Assembly (NCBI GenBank): GCA_963662275.1
Contig: OY759316.1
Coordinates: 2,560,001-2,624,000 of the forward strand
From: Candidatus Cloacimonadales bacterium
GTDB taxonomy: Bacteria > Cloacimonadota > Cloacimonadia > Cloacimonadales > DAONDQ01
Direction of reading: 5' to 3'
Length of the DNA: 64,000 nt
Notes under the pieces: generated by a model
What the model was told of the DNA's origin: nothing
The model's database searches: none
The model's input: only the letters and a program-made list of their open reading frames with translations
Translations under genes and position numbers: made by a program
Shown: positions 1 to 9,992 of the stretch, piece after piece
How the letters are laid out: every line of letters starts with the position of its first letter
How positions within the stretch are numbered: the first letter of the stretch is position 1

Positions 1-2
1 AT

Positions 3-1898
3 GCAATAGCAAATGATATTGATCGGGATGGAATTACAGAAACTGTCATTTATAACGATCAAACCTTCAGTGTTTTTGAAAACAATGGCGGACGGGCTGC
101 CTGGATCTTCTCAAAAGATTCCAATGGTGCAGCTCATTCACTAGTGGGGTCGGATATGGCATATTGGTCAGAAACAGACGGTGATTACAATGAAAGTTCC
201 AATAACCACTTTGCTGCCCTTTCAGAAGTCTCTCCCAATTACCAGAACGATGCATATAATATCACAATCAACCAGGCAAACGGAACTTATGTCCAGGTTA
301 CTATGACAAAGAACGATGTAACAAAAGTAATTAAACTAAACAGCGATACTGACTTCCTGGATATCCAATATACATTCCCGGGATGGGGATTTGTCAAATC
401 AGGATTGACGCCTGATTTGCTTGATATTCTTTGGAATGGGAAGGATCATCTGCAAAGAATGTGGGGATTTAATGGCAGTTATTGCGGACAACGTAATTCT
501 CTTAGCGGTGCAACTGTTGCTATCGTCTTGGGAAATGGCGGTGGTCTGCATAATGGCGAATTTGAAGGAACACTTGTGAAGGGTGATGAAATCAAAGGAA
601 TGGGTTCTTACAATATTCGTTTATTTGCAGGATATACAAGCACTCCTTATGATGCTAACCAGAACCAGGTTATTGAACTTGATCAAATTGCATCAGACCT
701 ATCTGATTATACGGCTCCCCAGGTGGTTAACCAGAGAGCTGCAATTGTCGGTGATAATAAGCTGGAAATTGTCTTTAATGAATCTATGAATGTAACATCA
801 GCTACCAATATTTCTAACTACACATTGAACGGTGTTACGGGTAATTCAATAATCCAGGCATATCTGACACATGACAGGCGTGTTATCCTGAAACTGCAAA
901 ACACTATTCTTCCAAACCAAACAGGAACTGTACTGATAACCAGCGTCACGGATCTAGCTGGAAATGCGATTGAATCACCTAATAACACTGCAACACTCAC
1001 AACCATTATCATCCCGCATTTAGTGGGAACATTCAACAATTGGGTGCCAACCAACCATGATCATAACTTTGTGTTGCAGGATAATGGCGAATGGAAAGCA
1101 ACAGTATCCCTCTCTGCAGGTACCCACCCGTATAAAGTGCTGGAGTCTGATTCCTGGAATAATAATGATTGGCCTGCTCTTGACCAGACCATTACTCTAA
1201 CAACTGACCAGGATGTAACTTTCTTCGCAAATTGCGGTGTTTATACTGGTGCCAGGAATGGGGATGAATTTATCTTCAATACTCCTAATCTGCCATTAGT
1301 GACTGGAAGCTTTCTCAGTGAGTTGGGAGATACCGATTGGAGTTTATCAACGAACCTTTCTCTCATGCATGATGATGGATTGAATGGAGATATGGATGCA
1401 GACGATGGTGTATACTCATGGGAGCAGACAATACCCGGCGGGAGTTACCAATATAAGATTGTCTTAAATAGAGTATGGGATCAAAATACTTCTCCTGCTA
1501 ATAACAGTATCATTCTTGCTGGAAGATCGACCGTTCGATTTACCTATGATATGCGACAGAATAGAATCGCCTATGAAATTACTGTAGGTAATGCTGATCA
1601 TACTTCACCAGCACTTGAATTAGCAGTTTTAAAAGCAAACTATCCCAATCCATTCAATCCTAATACTGTGATGAGTTTTGACTTGAAAAAAGCTGCAGAC
1701 GTTAAATTGAATATTTATAATACAAAAGGGCAATTAGTGAAAACCCTTGTCTCAGATAAATTACCTGGAGGCACACATACTTATCAGTGGAATGGCAAAA
1801 ATACATCCGATGATATCGTATCTTCAGGTGTTTATCTCTATTCTCTGCATGTGAATGGATGTGTGGTTTCTACGAGGAAATGCATACTCTTGAAGTAG
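3..1898 (+). CDS. 5'-truncated secreted multidomain protein (Ig-like and pullulanase/CBM-like repeats; probably carbohydrate-active) with FlgD-Ig/T9SS-like C-terminal domain
   Basis: Frame is open from position 3 (AIANDIDRDGITETVIY...), so the gene starts upstream of the window. Two repeats G.F..W/D..YKV/I..N..W; C-terminus NYPNPFNP...IYNTKGQLVK...SGVYLY...RKCILLK. Confidence 0.7.
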   Translation, partial: AIANDIDRDGITETVIYNDQTFSVFENNGGRAAWIFSKDSNGAAHSLVGSDMAYWSETDGDYNESSNNHFAALSEVSPNYQNDAYNITINQANGTYVQVTMTKNDVTKVIKLNSDTDFLDIQYTFPGWGFVKSGLTPDLLDILWNGKDHLQRMWGFNGSYCGQRNSLSGATVAIVLGNGGGLHNGEFEGTLVKGDEIKGMGSYNIRLFAGYTSTPYDANQNQVIELDQIASDLSDYTAPQVVNQRAAIVGDNKLEIVFNESMNVTSATNISNYTLNGVTGNSIIQAYLTHDRRVILKLQNTILPNQTGTVLITSVTDLAGNAIESPNNTATLTTIIIPHLVGTFNNWVPTNHDHNFVLQDNGEWKATVSLSAGTHPYKVLESDSWNNNDWPALDQTITLTTDQDVTFFANCGVYTGARNGDEFIFNTPNLPLVTGSFLSELGDTDWSLSTNLSLMHDDGLNGDMDADDGVYSWEQTIPGGSYQYKIVLNRVWDQNTSPANNSIILAGRSTVRFTYDMRQNRIAYEITVGNADHTSPALELAVLKANYPNPFNPNTVMSFDLKKAADVKLNIYNTKGQLVKTLVSDKLPGGTHTYQWNGKNTSDDIVSSGVYLYSLHVNGCVVSTRKCILLK

Positions 1899-1966
1899 TA
1901 AAAAAGACAACTCCTTCATGTAAGTAAAATATCCATTGCATATTTCCAGCAATAAGGGAGCTGAGA

Positions 1967-3079
1967 ATGAATAGACTTTTATTGATTGCTGTTTTCATGC
2001 TTATTGTTATTGCTTTAAGTGGCTATACTACAGCACAGTATACAACAACATTTATTGATAGTACACGCAGCAACAGGCAGATTCAGGCAGTGATCTATTA
2101 CCCTGCGGAAATAATCGGCTCTGGTGAGACTTTCTCTTATATCATTTTTGGGCACGGTTGGTTGATGAATTACTCATATTATACGACACTAACTGATGCT
2201 ATGATAGATTTAGGCTGGATTATTGTCTATCCTAGAACTGAAGAATCACTATTCCCAAGTCATTCTGAATTTGCCCTGGATTTATCATTTTTATGCCGTG
2301 AAGTGTTGAAGGAAAACGAAAATGCTTCATCTCCGCTCCATGGTTATTTATCAGATCTGAGTGTCGTGATGGGACATTCCATGGGAGGAGGGGCAGCAGT
2401 ATTGGCAGCAGGAATGAACAATTCTTTTGCTTCCCTGGTCACTTTTGCTGCTGCTGAGACAAGTGTTTCTGCCATTGATGGTGCCACTGATGTGTCGATA
2501 CCCTCCATTACTTTTTCAGGTTCCACAGATACGATTGCTCCCCCCGCTCAAAACCAAATCCCTATCTACAACAACCTCGCCTCCGACTATAAAAGTTACA
2601 TTTCCCTTAATGGCACAGGTCATCTTGATTTGTATAACAATGCTCTTATTTCAATGATAATAGCTCCATGGTTCGAATATCTGAAAACTTCAGATTATAA
2701 CCATATTCAAGCTTTTGAAGATATCTTACAACAAAACTCTGCAGCTCTCAATTTTCAAATACAGGACAATCTCGTGGCTATTGATGATAATACCAGCTCT
2801 CTGGCTGAGTTCAGATTAAATAATTATCCCAATCCATTCAATCCTCAAACCACAATTTCTTTTTATCTCCAGGAATCTTCAAATTTGAAAATCGATATCT
2901 TCAATTGCAGAGGACAGAAAGTCAAAGCTCTTGTAGATGAAGATTTTCAAGCTGGAAGGCACAATAGTATTTGGGATGGATATGATCAGAATAATACTAA
3001 GGTAGCTAGCGGAGTGTATTACTATAAACTGCAAACCCCAAAAGGGCAAATTATAAAGAAGATGCTGCTTCTGAAATAG
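1967..3079 (+). CDS. secreted alpha/beta hydrolase (chlorophyllase/cutinase-like) with T9SS-like CTD
   Basis: Signal peptide; GHSMGGG nucleophile elbow; SGSTDTIAP (Asp); NGTGH (His); C-terminal NYPNPFNP...KKMLLLK. Confidence 0.8.
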   Translation: MNRLLLIAVFMLIVIALSGYTTAQYTTTFIDSTRSNRQIQAVIYYPAEIIGSGETFSYIIFGHGWLMNYSYYTTLTDAMIDLGWIIVYPRTEESLFPSHSEFALDLSFLCREVLKENENASSPLHGYLSDLSVVMGHSMGGGAAVLAAGMNNSFASLVTFAAAETSVSAIDGATDVSIPSITFSGSTDTIAPPAQNQIPIYNNLASDYKSYISLNGTGHLDLYNNALISMIIAPWFEYLKTSDYNHIQAFEDILQQNSAALNFQIQDNLVAIDDNTSSLAEFRLNNYPNPFNPQTTISFYLQESSNLKIDIFNCRGQKVKALVDEDFQAGRHNSIWDGYDQNNTKVASGVYYYKLQTPKGQIIKKMLLLK

Positions 3080-3152
3080 CGATATTTTAACAAATAAAAG
3101 CTAGCTGTTATTCTCTTTTTTTGCACCAATTTGAATATTAAAGGAATTAAAT

Positions 3153-3839
3153 CTATTCTATAATATCTTTGATTCTTTGCATATCCTCATAGAATCGACC
3201 ATAGCTAATTGGACATTTCCGTCTTAACTCATCTGGACGGCTTTTAGAAGCAATATCATGATATACATCTAGGAGTTTGTCTTTGATATAATACTGATTT
3301 AAGACTCTATTGATATAACATTTGGGATGGTCACAATCTGGTTCTCTTCGATTTCCCCAAATGTCTTCAGGTTTCTTAGGTAATCTTGGTTTTGTTGGAA
3401 TACCCCCAAGATATTTGAACGATTCTTCATCAGCTAAAAGCCAACTTTCTATCATCTCCTTAGGGATCATTGGAATTCCAACAATATTAGTACTAGATTT
3501 CTCGAAACCATCAATCATATCGTTGTAGAAGCTATTAAAATCGTTTCTATCACAATCTTTATAACAAATTGCTATATCATAATTATTTAATTTAGCAAAA
3601 CGTGCAAGTCTTTCCGCTTTTACACCATGCCCTTTACTCTTATCACTTTTAAAACGTTGGATTTTGATTCGTTTCTCTAATTTCTGAAAGTTAATACACG
3701 AAACATTCAGTTCTATCGGTGATGCATTCAAAATATATTGTTCAACGGGACCTAAATACCATTTATCAAATATCTGAAACCCTGCATCGGACTTCCCTTC
3801 CCCACATACAATAACATTCAACGTCATATCAATTCCCAC
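3153..3839 (-). CDS. DUF4276/TOPRIM-like protein, partner of the ABC-type ATPase
   Basis: N-terminal VCGEGKSD, DCD (DxD) motif, PKEMIESWLLAD; lies 3 bp downstream of the ATPase. Confidence 0.6.
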   Translation of the reverse strand: MGIDMTLNVIVCGEGKSDAGFQIFDKWYLGPVEQYILNASPIELNVSCINFQKLEKRIKIQRFKSDKSKGHGVKAERLARFAKLNNYDIAICYKDCDRNDFNSFYNDMIDGFEKSSTNIVGIPMIPKEMIESWLLADEESFKYLGGIPTKPRLPKKPEDIWGNRREPDCDHPKCYINRVLNQYYIKDKLLDVYHDIASKSRPDELRRKCPISYGRFYEDMQRIKDIIE

Positions 3840-3842
3840 AAA

Positions 3843-5072
3843 TTACTTTAATGGTTCACTGTCTTCAGCTATCAAATCCTCTTCAGGGATATTCAGCCAT
3901 ATCTCACCAGGCTGCATATAGGTCAGCATATCTTTGATTTTCTGCTTCTGAAAAGCCTTTGTTGTTTTAATAGCTCCCTTTGCATCCCGATACACATAAA
4001 TAATATCTTCCGGTTTGATATCATCCAAAATGACAGAACTATGGGTTGTAAAAATGATTTGCCGTTCGTTTACTTCAAGTGACTTATACAGAATATTTAG
4101 TAGCTTTGCTGTAATAGATGGATTAACTCCATCTTCTATCTCATCAATCAGGAAAGTACCTTCTACAGATGGTACTTCAGTGATCGCAAGCAATGCTAGT
4201 ATCCGTAAAGTACCATCACTAATATGAGCAGATCTTGATTTAATTAATGAATCCGTGTATTTCTCAGATAATCTAATTTCGACCCAACCAGGTCTTCCCC
4301 GAACTATCGTTTCAAGTGTATCAAAAGCCGGAAGTAAAGCACTAACATTGGTTGAAAATCTTCTCTTTGCATCAATACCCATGTTCCTAAAAAATGTAGC
4401 AAATTTTTCTCCGCTTTTACCTATCGAATATGCAATTCCTTTTGAACCATGCCTAATTGATTCAGGTGCCAATAGCTCAAAAGAAGCACATTGCTGAATG
4501 TACTCTTTCAGCTTTACTAATACAGGGCTCTTAGTTACGTCTTCTGAAGAAATATCTTTAAGCATTGATGATGATTCTTGTGATGCAAAAGGTTGAATAT
4601 GTAACGCTACTAATTTTTCATCACGCCACATGAAATCTTCTTTAGAGTATTTAAGTAAATTGATATTATGTTTTGTATAGCTTAGATCAGGAATTAAATC
4701 TTTAAATTTCTGATAAGTAAATTCATTGATCACTTCCGAAATAAGGCTGATAGTCCTATTCTGTAAATTGATTTTAAACACTATATCCCAATTAATACCC
4801 TTTCGTATGCCATCAACATCTAAGTCAAAAAGGGTTTCAAAGCGTATGTTACTTGATTTTGTAAATTGATTTTTAATATCTTCTAATTTCCACTTTCTTT
4901 CTAATAAGTAATCAGTGCAATTTTTTGATGCGCTGTTAAAGAGAAAATCCATCGCCTGTAATATAGTAGTTTTTCCAGCAGCATTCGCTCCAATCAGAAC
5001 ATTCATTTTATTGAATTCTATTGTCACGCTTTCAATTGCTTTGAAATTCTCAATTTTGATAGATGTAATCAT
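3843..5072 (-). CDS. AAA_15/AAA_21 (OLD/SMC-like ABC) ATPase
   Basis: MITSIKIENFKAI start with GGAGG RBS (ATG 5072 preferred to 5120); Walker A GANAAGKT, signature ISDGTLR, Walker B LIDEIEDG, H-loop FTTHS. Confidence 0.85.
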   Translation of the reverse strand: MITSIKIENFKAIESVTIEFNKMNVLIGANAAGKTTILQAMDFLFNSASKNCTDYLLERKWKLEDIKNQFTKSSNIRFETLFDLDVDGIRKGINWDIVFKINLQNRTISLISEVINEFTYQKFKDLIPDLSYTKHNINLLKYSKEDFMWRDEKLVALHIQPFASQESSSMLKDISSEDVTKSPVLVKLKEYIQQCASFELLAPESIRHGSKGIAYSIGKSGEKFATFFRNMGIDAKRRFSTNVSALLPAFDTLETIVRGRPGWVEIRLSEKYTDSLIKSRSAHISDGTLRILALLAITEVPSVEGTFLIDEIEDGVNPSITAKLLNILYKSLEVNERQIIFTTHSSVILDDIKPEDIIYVYRDAKGAIKTTKAFQKQKIKDMLTYMQPGEIWLNIPEEDLIAEDSEPLK

Positions 5073-5207
5073 AACATCCTCCAGAATAAATCTATCTGAA
5101 TTTGAGTAACACAATGTCAAATCATTTTTTGATTATTCCCAGTTCGCTTGATGTTTATTATGAATTATTGGAATTAGCCTTTTTCGTGTTTTTAGTGTGT
5201 TTCGTGG

Positions 5208-5600
5208 TTAAAGAGCATTCCCCAGCCACAGCCCTGAAACAACAGCGATCAGTCCTGTTATTGTGGAAGCAATGATGTTCCAGAGTGCCGTACGGAGATG
5301 ACCAGCCTGGTAGAGCATGATGGTTTCATAACTGAAGGTGGAGAAGGTGGTGAAAGCACCCATGAAGCCAATGATGAAGAAGAGATGGATGATATCACCG
5401 TGCGCATGATGCTGGAATCTCATGGTGATAAAACCGACCAGGAAACAGCCAATAACATTTACTATGAGGGTTTTGTAGGGAAAAGGACTACTTGTGTTGT
5501 AATGTGTTAGAACACTCACTAAGTAACGCAAGACACTCCCTAACGCACCTCCGGCAAGTACAAGCAAGATGTCTGTGACAGCAAGTTTAATTGGAAACAT
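5208..5600 (-). CDS. crcB: fluoride efflux channel Fluc/CrcB
   Basis: GGALGSVLRY, TLIVNVIG and GFMGAFTTFSTFSYE motifs; AGGAG RBS before ATG 5600; fluoride riboswitch upstream. Confidence 0.95.
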   Translation of the reverse strand: MFPIKLAVTDILLVLAGGALGSVLRYLVSVLTHYNTSSPFPYKTLIVNVIGCFLVGFITMRFQHHAHGDIIHLFFIIGFMGAFTTFSTFSYETIMLYQAGHLRTALWNIIASTITGLIAVVSGLWLGNAL

Positions 5601-5627
5601 GAACGACTCCTTCCGTATCAAATAAAA

Positions 5628-5693
5628 CAGGAGTCATCAGAAGTATACAACTACGGTTTGGAACTAAAAAAATTCCCGGCGAACTCCATCACC
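5628..5693 (-). ncRNA. fluoride (crcB) riboswitch
   Basis: Minus strand reads GGTGATGGAGTTCGCC...AAACCG...CTGATGACTCCTG, matching the crcB aptamer consensus, directly upstream of crcB. Confidence 0.9.
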
Positions 5694-5766
5694 GTTGTCA
5701 ACCTTTGTGGATAGGTTGTTTTGTCAATAAGAGAAGCATTGTGAAGTTAGCCCAGCATCTCAAATG

Positions 5767-5844
5767 AATTAGGGTAGAATTATTATGTCATTACGGTAGC
5801 AATACAGTTTTTTACCTTACTACTACCGTATTGGTGCCCTAATG
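5767..5844. repeat. palindromic element of 11-bp CATTACGGTAG-like units (related copy at 26549-26632)
   Basis: cattacggtagcaatac...ctaccgtattg inverted arrangement. Confidence 0.55.
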
Positions 5845-5885
5845 TAAGATGGAAGATAGAAAAAGTCCAAAATATCATGATTATA

Positions 5886-5913
5886 CAAAGGCAGGATTTT
5901 CATCCTGCCTTTG
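5886..5913 (-). terminator. intrinsic terminator-like hairpin after the C-type lectin gene
   Basis: Perfect inverted repeat caaaggcaggat-tttc-atcctgcctttg about 40 bp past the stop. Confidence 0.65.
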
Positions 5914-5955
5914 CTATTTGAAAAACTACATTTTTCCTACACAATTAACCATACA

Positions 5956-8955
5956 TTATTTTACAATCAACATCTTCTTGCTGATATTAATGCTGGGTGA
6001 AGTAAGTTTGTAGAAATAAATTCCACTGCCGCAGGTCGAACCTTTACTATTCACCCCATTCCAAGTGATCCTCTGGTTAAAACCAGCTTGTAGGGGATAG
6101 GTTTTCACACACTGTCCCAATATATTAAAGATTGTAAGGGTAGCCGTTTCTCCAGCTTTCACATCAACTTCAATATTCGTAACACTGTTTACGTTGAAAG
6201 GATTCGGATATGCATTTCTCAGCATAGTTGAGGTTGGCATAACAGGGGTCTGATTATTTGTATTCACAGTCACTGAATTGCTGAAGTTGCTTGTACCATT
6301 GATATCAACTATCTCCAGCCAGTAATAATATGTGGCATCTGGTTCAATTTCATTATCCACGAAGTTGTATGTTTGAACCGTTGCCGTATTCGTTCCACTG
6401 ATAATGTCAATATTGATCTTACTTGCACCTGAAAGAATGTTACTATTGGAACGGAATACATTGAAACCAAGATTGTTAGTTTCGGATTCGGTTTTCCACT
6501 GCAAATTCACGAACATCTGGGCTGTTGCAACGGCTGTGAAGGAGGACAATTCGACGGGAAGCTCTGTTTCACGGGCACTGGTAAAGCTCCAAATGTCTCC
6601 AACTACTTCTTCCAATGCACTGAATGTATGAATTTGCCAGAAATAAGGAGTTGAGGGATTGAATGTGAGCACATAGGAGTAACTGCTCGAGGGGCAAACG
6701 TCTCCATCAACCATATCCCAGATTCCACTGGTGGTTCCGATGTAAATCTTGTAGCCTATCGCTCCTGGAACATCATCCCAATTAAAATTATTACCTGCAT
6801 AAGACGGATTACTGTTACCGGGTGTAGGATTTATAGCTTTACCATTAGAAGTGGTAAAAGACCAACGTTGGGTATCGTCAGCCATACCATTAGCATTACT
6901 ACCCACTGCTGACCAATAATAGGTAGTGTTGAAATGTAGCAGGGATGGAGTGTAGCTTGCTGATGTAACCCTTGTTCCATTGGCAATGTTTGGTGCAACT
7001 TCCACAGCGTAATTATAAAGTGAGCCAACATAATCATCATCCCATAAGTTAGAGGAGTTATGGTTCTTTGTTGTAAAATACTGGACTCCGCCAGCATTGT
7101 TGGGTTCTCCTCCATACCAGTTCTTATATGTCCACGGGTCGCCGTTTGCATATTTGAAAGTATTGGCTATTGTCCTATCTGATCCGCCGAACCACAATTT
7201 ATCACCATTGAAGATAGCATCTTCAGCGGCAGAACCGAATGTGGCGAAGTAACCGCCATCCTTCTGCGCTTGAATATTGGCAGCAGCCCAGTGCCAGGTG
7301 TAATAGTTGGACTTGTAGTAGCGGTGGCCATTAAATATACCGAGGTCAGTATAGTTGCTGGCATTGCTGATGGTATTACTTGTTTCGAGATAAGCATAAT
7401 ATTCTGTGGGACTTCCGGAAGGCGCAGTCCACGTCAGGTTCGTATTAATCGGTACATTAGTCGCAGCGTGAAGAGGAGAAATGGTTGCCGAATTGATTGT
7501 ACCTGGAGCAGTACCACCGTCATTATTAGTCTTGAATGACCATTGTGTGCTGTTGAAAGGATGCCCGTATTCATTATATGGAACAGCTATCCAACGGTAC
7601 AGGGTATTGGCTGGCAGTTTTGTCTCTTTGAAGGAATAGGATGTGCCATACACAATTAAACCATCCAGGACGTCGGCAGGATATTCAATTAGAGACCTGT
7701 AGGTCCAGGTACCCGGAACATCATACCACTTCCCGCTGGTTCCTTGTATCACATTGTTCTCAGCGGTTTGACCATTAGGTTCGGGTGGTTGATAATCAAG
7801 ATCCCAGTTGGTAAAGGAATTGGCTTCACCCACATTCCAGATGAACCACCCCTCACCACTTAAACTTTCACCGGAAATATCATTAAGACCTATCCAGTAG
7901 TTGTAATCATTTGGCAGCATTGCCTGTTCAGCAGCATCATTGATTGCCACCAGATGACCGCCGTTAGCTTCTGCTGCGGCTTTGGCATCATCATAGTTCA
8001 GTTCTGTTTCGGTTTTCTGATAAACATGCCCGTTGATGAAGCTATGTTGTAAACCAAGCCGGTCACCCCGTGATCTAAATACATAGAGTTTGTAATAGGT
8101 AGCACCAGCAACTGGATCCCAGCTCAGTGTGGGATTAAGTGGTGCAGTTGCATCTTCGCTGTTAGGTGTACCCGATGCAGGATAATCTGTTGGTGCAATT
8201 CCATCTGCACCGGTCGTAAAGCTCCAACTGGAAGCAGGACCATATCCGCTTAAATTTCTAGTATAGATATTCCAATTATATGTGGTATTGGGTTGCAGCT
8301 TGCAATTCAAGTCAAAGTAATTATTACCGGTTGTTTGGGTGTGCGAAACCCAACTATCCACTTCAATCCAGTAGCGATGAGTTGAAAGCGCAGATGCGTC
8401 ATTCCATTGTCCATTCGTGTACATCTCTGTATAACTTTCAGTACCACCAGAATTGTTTGGTTCACCGGGAAACCAGTTATAATAACTCAACGCACGTCCA
8501 TCCTCCCACCTGAAATTGCCGTCCGAAACCCAATCGGAAAGACCAATCCACGTTGTTTCCCCAATGTTATTCGTCTGCATACTGTTGTTAATATCTACAT
8601 TATGTGCACACCCGAGACGCCACTTGTTGCTATTGCAAATGGCTTTTGCATTCTGCCAGGTTTCAGCAGTGTCTGAAACATAATAATGAATACCGACCCA
8701 TGTGAATTTGTAGGTATAACCCGGAATCGTTTTTGGTGATGCCCACATATAAAACGAGTATTCATAAGGTTGGTTGGGGGCTGCACTCGTCTGTGACCAT
8801 TGCAGTCTAACGTTCTGAAGAGGAACATTTGTAGCGTTGTGAGCCGGATATGGGTTTTCCGGAGGGTTGGCTAAGTCTGCTAAAAGATTGCTGAAAATAC
8901 CGATGCTAAAGAAAAGCATCATGCATAAAATAAGTTGTGTTTTGCTTGTCTTCAT
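5956..8955 (-). CDS. secreted protein with three C-type lectin domains, Fn3-like repeats and T9SS-like CTD
   Basis: Signal peptide; WIGL/WFGG, EPN and WND/WYD/WDD motifs three times; Y.W....W.FTT Fn3-like repeats; LPVELSSF module; AYPNPFN...KKMLIVK. Confidence 0.85.
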   Translation of the reverse strand: MKTSKTQLILCMMLFFSIGIFSNLLADLANPPENPYPAHNATNVPLQNVRLQWSQTSAAPNQPYEYSFYMWASPKTIPGYTYKFTWVGIHYYVSDTAETWQNAKAICNSNKWRLGCAHNVDINNSMQTNNIGETTWIGLSDWVSDGNFRWEDGRALSYYNWFPGEPNNSGGTESYTEMYTNGQWNDASALSTHRYWIEVDSWVSHTQTTGNNYFDLNCKLQPNTTYNWNIYTRNLSGYGPASSWSFTTGADGIAPTDYPASGTPNSEDATAPLNPTLSWDPVAGATYYKLYVFRSRGDRLGLQHSFINGHVYQKTETELNYDDAKAAAEANGGHLVAINDAAEQAMLPNDYNYWIGLNDISGESLSGEGWFIWNVGEANSFTNWDLDYQPPEPNGQTAENNVIQGTSGKWYDVPGTWTYRSLIEYPADVLDGLIVYGTSYSFKETKLPANTLYRWIAVPYNEYGHPFNSTQWSFKTNNDGGTAPGTINSATISPLHAATNVPINTNLTWTAPSGSPTEYYAYLETSNTISNASNYTDLGIFNGHRYYKSNYYTWHWAAANIQAQKDGGYFATFGSAAEDAIFNGDKLWFGGSDRTIANTFKYANGDPWTYKNWYGGEPNNAGGVQYFTTKNHNSSNLWDDDYVGSLYNYAVEVAPNIANGTRVTSASYTPSLLHFNTTYYWSAVGSNANGMADDTQRWSFTTSNGKAINPTPGNSNPSYAGNNFNWDDVPGAIGYKIYIGTTSGIWDMVDGDVCPSSSYSYVLTFNPSTPYFWQIHTFSALEEVVGDIWSFTSARETELPVELSSFTAVATAQMFVNLQWKTESETNNLGFNVFRSNSNILSGASKINIDIISGTNTATVQTYNFVDNEIEPDATYYYWLEIVDINGTSNFSNSVTVNTNNQTPVMPTSTMLRNAYPNPFNVNSVTNIEVDVKAGETATLTIFNILGQCVKTYPLQAGFNQRITWNGVNSKGSTCGSGIYFYKLTSPSINISKKMLIVK

Positions 8956-9088
8956 TAGATACTCCTTGTTTATTATTTTAATTTTACGACCTTGTTTAGT
9001 TGCATTGTTTAATAACTTACTTCTGGTTGGAAAGCGACATTAAGCACTAGAAAATAATTAAGACAATTGGACATATTTATTTCATACC

Positions 9089-9307
9089 TTAGTATAATCC
9101 GTAACGGTTTTTCATTTGCTGATATAATTTTGTAATTTCTTTCATGACGAATTCATAATCATCCCTCCCATAATCCAATACCTGATTTTGCATTCTGCCA
9201 TTGGAAAAGGTTAACACAAACCCCAGTATCCCTTTGCCATTATCAGGATCGGTTACAGTATTAATAATATCGCTGATCTGCACATTGTTTTTTAATATTG
9301 TTTTCAT
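9089..9307 (-). CDS. small hypothetical protein
   Basis: ORF from MKTILKNN; the upstream extension to 9421 looks non-coding; no motif recognised. Confidence 0.4.
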   Translation of the reverse strand: MKTILKNNVQISDIINTVTDPDNGKGILGFVLTFSNGRMQNQVLDYGRDDYEFVMKEITKLYQQMKNRYGLY

Positions 9308-9491
9308 AATGAGTATGATAGAGCAAAATAAAAGCCAATCGCAGAAATGGTGTTTTATAGAATTGTAACTATATGATATTGATGAAGATATGATTATAGT
9401 AGAAAAATCTTTTGCTATCAAAAGTTAAGGAAAAATGGCTGGAATTTCATTTTTGAAATTCCAATAATGGAATCACTTGAAGCCTACTAGA

Positions 9492-9620
9492 TTACTTTCT
9501 GATTCCGAGTATCTTTTTTCTGCTGAGAGTACTCTCCGGCATATTCAGCAATTTGGCTGTTCATTGATCAATCCATCCAATCAATCGGTATTCCATTTCA
9601 GTTTTGATTTCTTAAATGAC
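9492..9620 (-). pseudogene. remnant of the C-terminal Fis-type HTH of an NtrC-like regulator
   Basis: Translates TAKLLNMPESTLSRKKILGIRK*, immediately preceded by an in-frame TGA. Confidence 0.4.
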
Positions 9621-9688
9621 ATTTACTATGAGTGTTTTATAGGGAAAGGTTTCTCCGCGCTTTTCTGACACAGTAGAGCCACAAGTAC

Positions 9689-9822
9689 CCACTTTATTAA
9701 TACCAGTTTCAATCCTGTTTCAATCCTGTTTGATACCAGTTTCATTCCTGTTTCGTCAAACAGGAAAGAGATTGGTATGGGATTGGTATGAACTTAGATA
9801 GAACCTGGTATCAATAAAGTGG
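9689..9822. repeat. palindromic element of 11-bp ATACCAGTTTC/AATCCTGTTTC units (related copy at 54937-55080)
   Basis: 18-bp terminal IR ccactttattaataccag / ctggtatcaataaagtgg (1 mismatch); the core ttcattcctgtttcgtcaaa is shared with the second copy. Confidence 0.75.
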
Positions 9823-9992
9823 ATTCTTTGCAGTTCAATAAGATTAAGCAAGCCGTTTAGTCTATACACTATATAGGAAGTATTCAGAACTGAAGTAAAT
9901 TGATGAGAAAAAGGCGATCCAGAGTAGACGGGCGTACTACCGCACGCCCTTACTCTGCAATGATTAATTCTTAATTTTTAATCTTTAATTCG

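Noticed and set aside
9689..9822. 11-bp repeat arrays as CRISPR or plasmid iterons
   Set aside because: Units are too short with no unique spacers; no Rep or Cas gene nearby.
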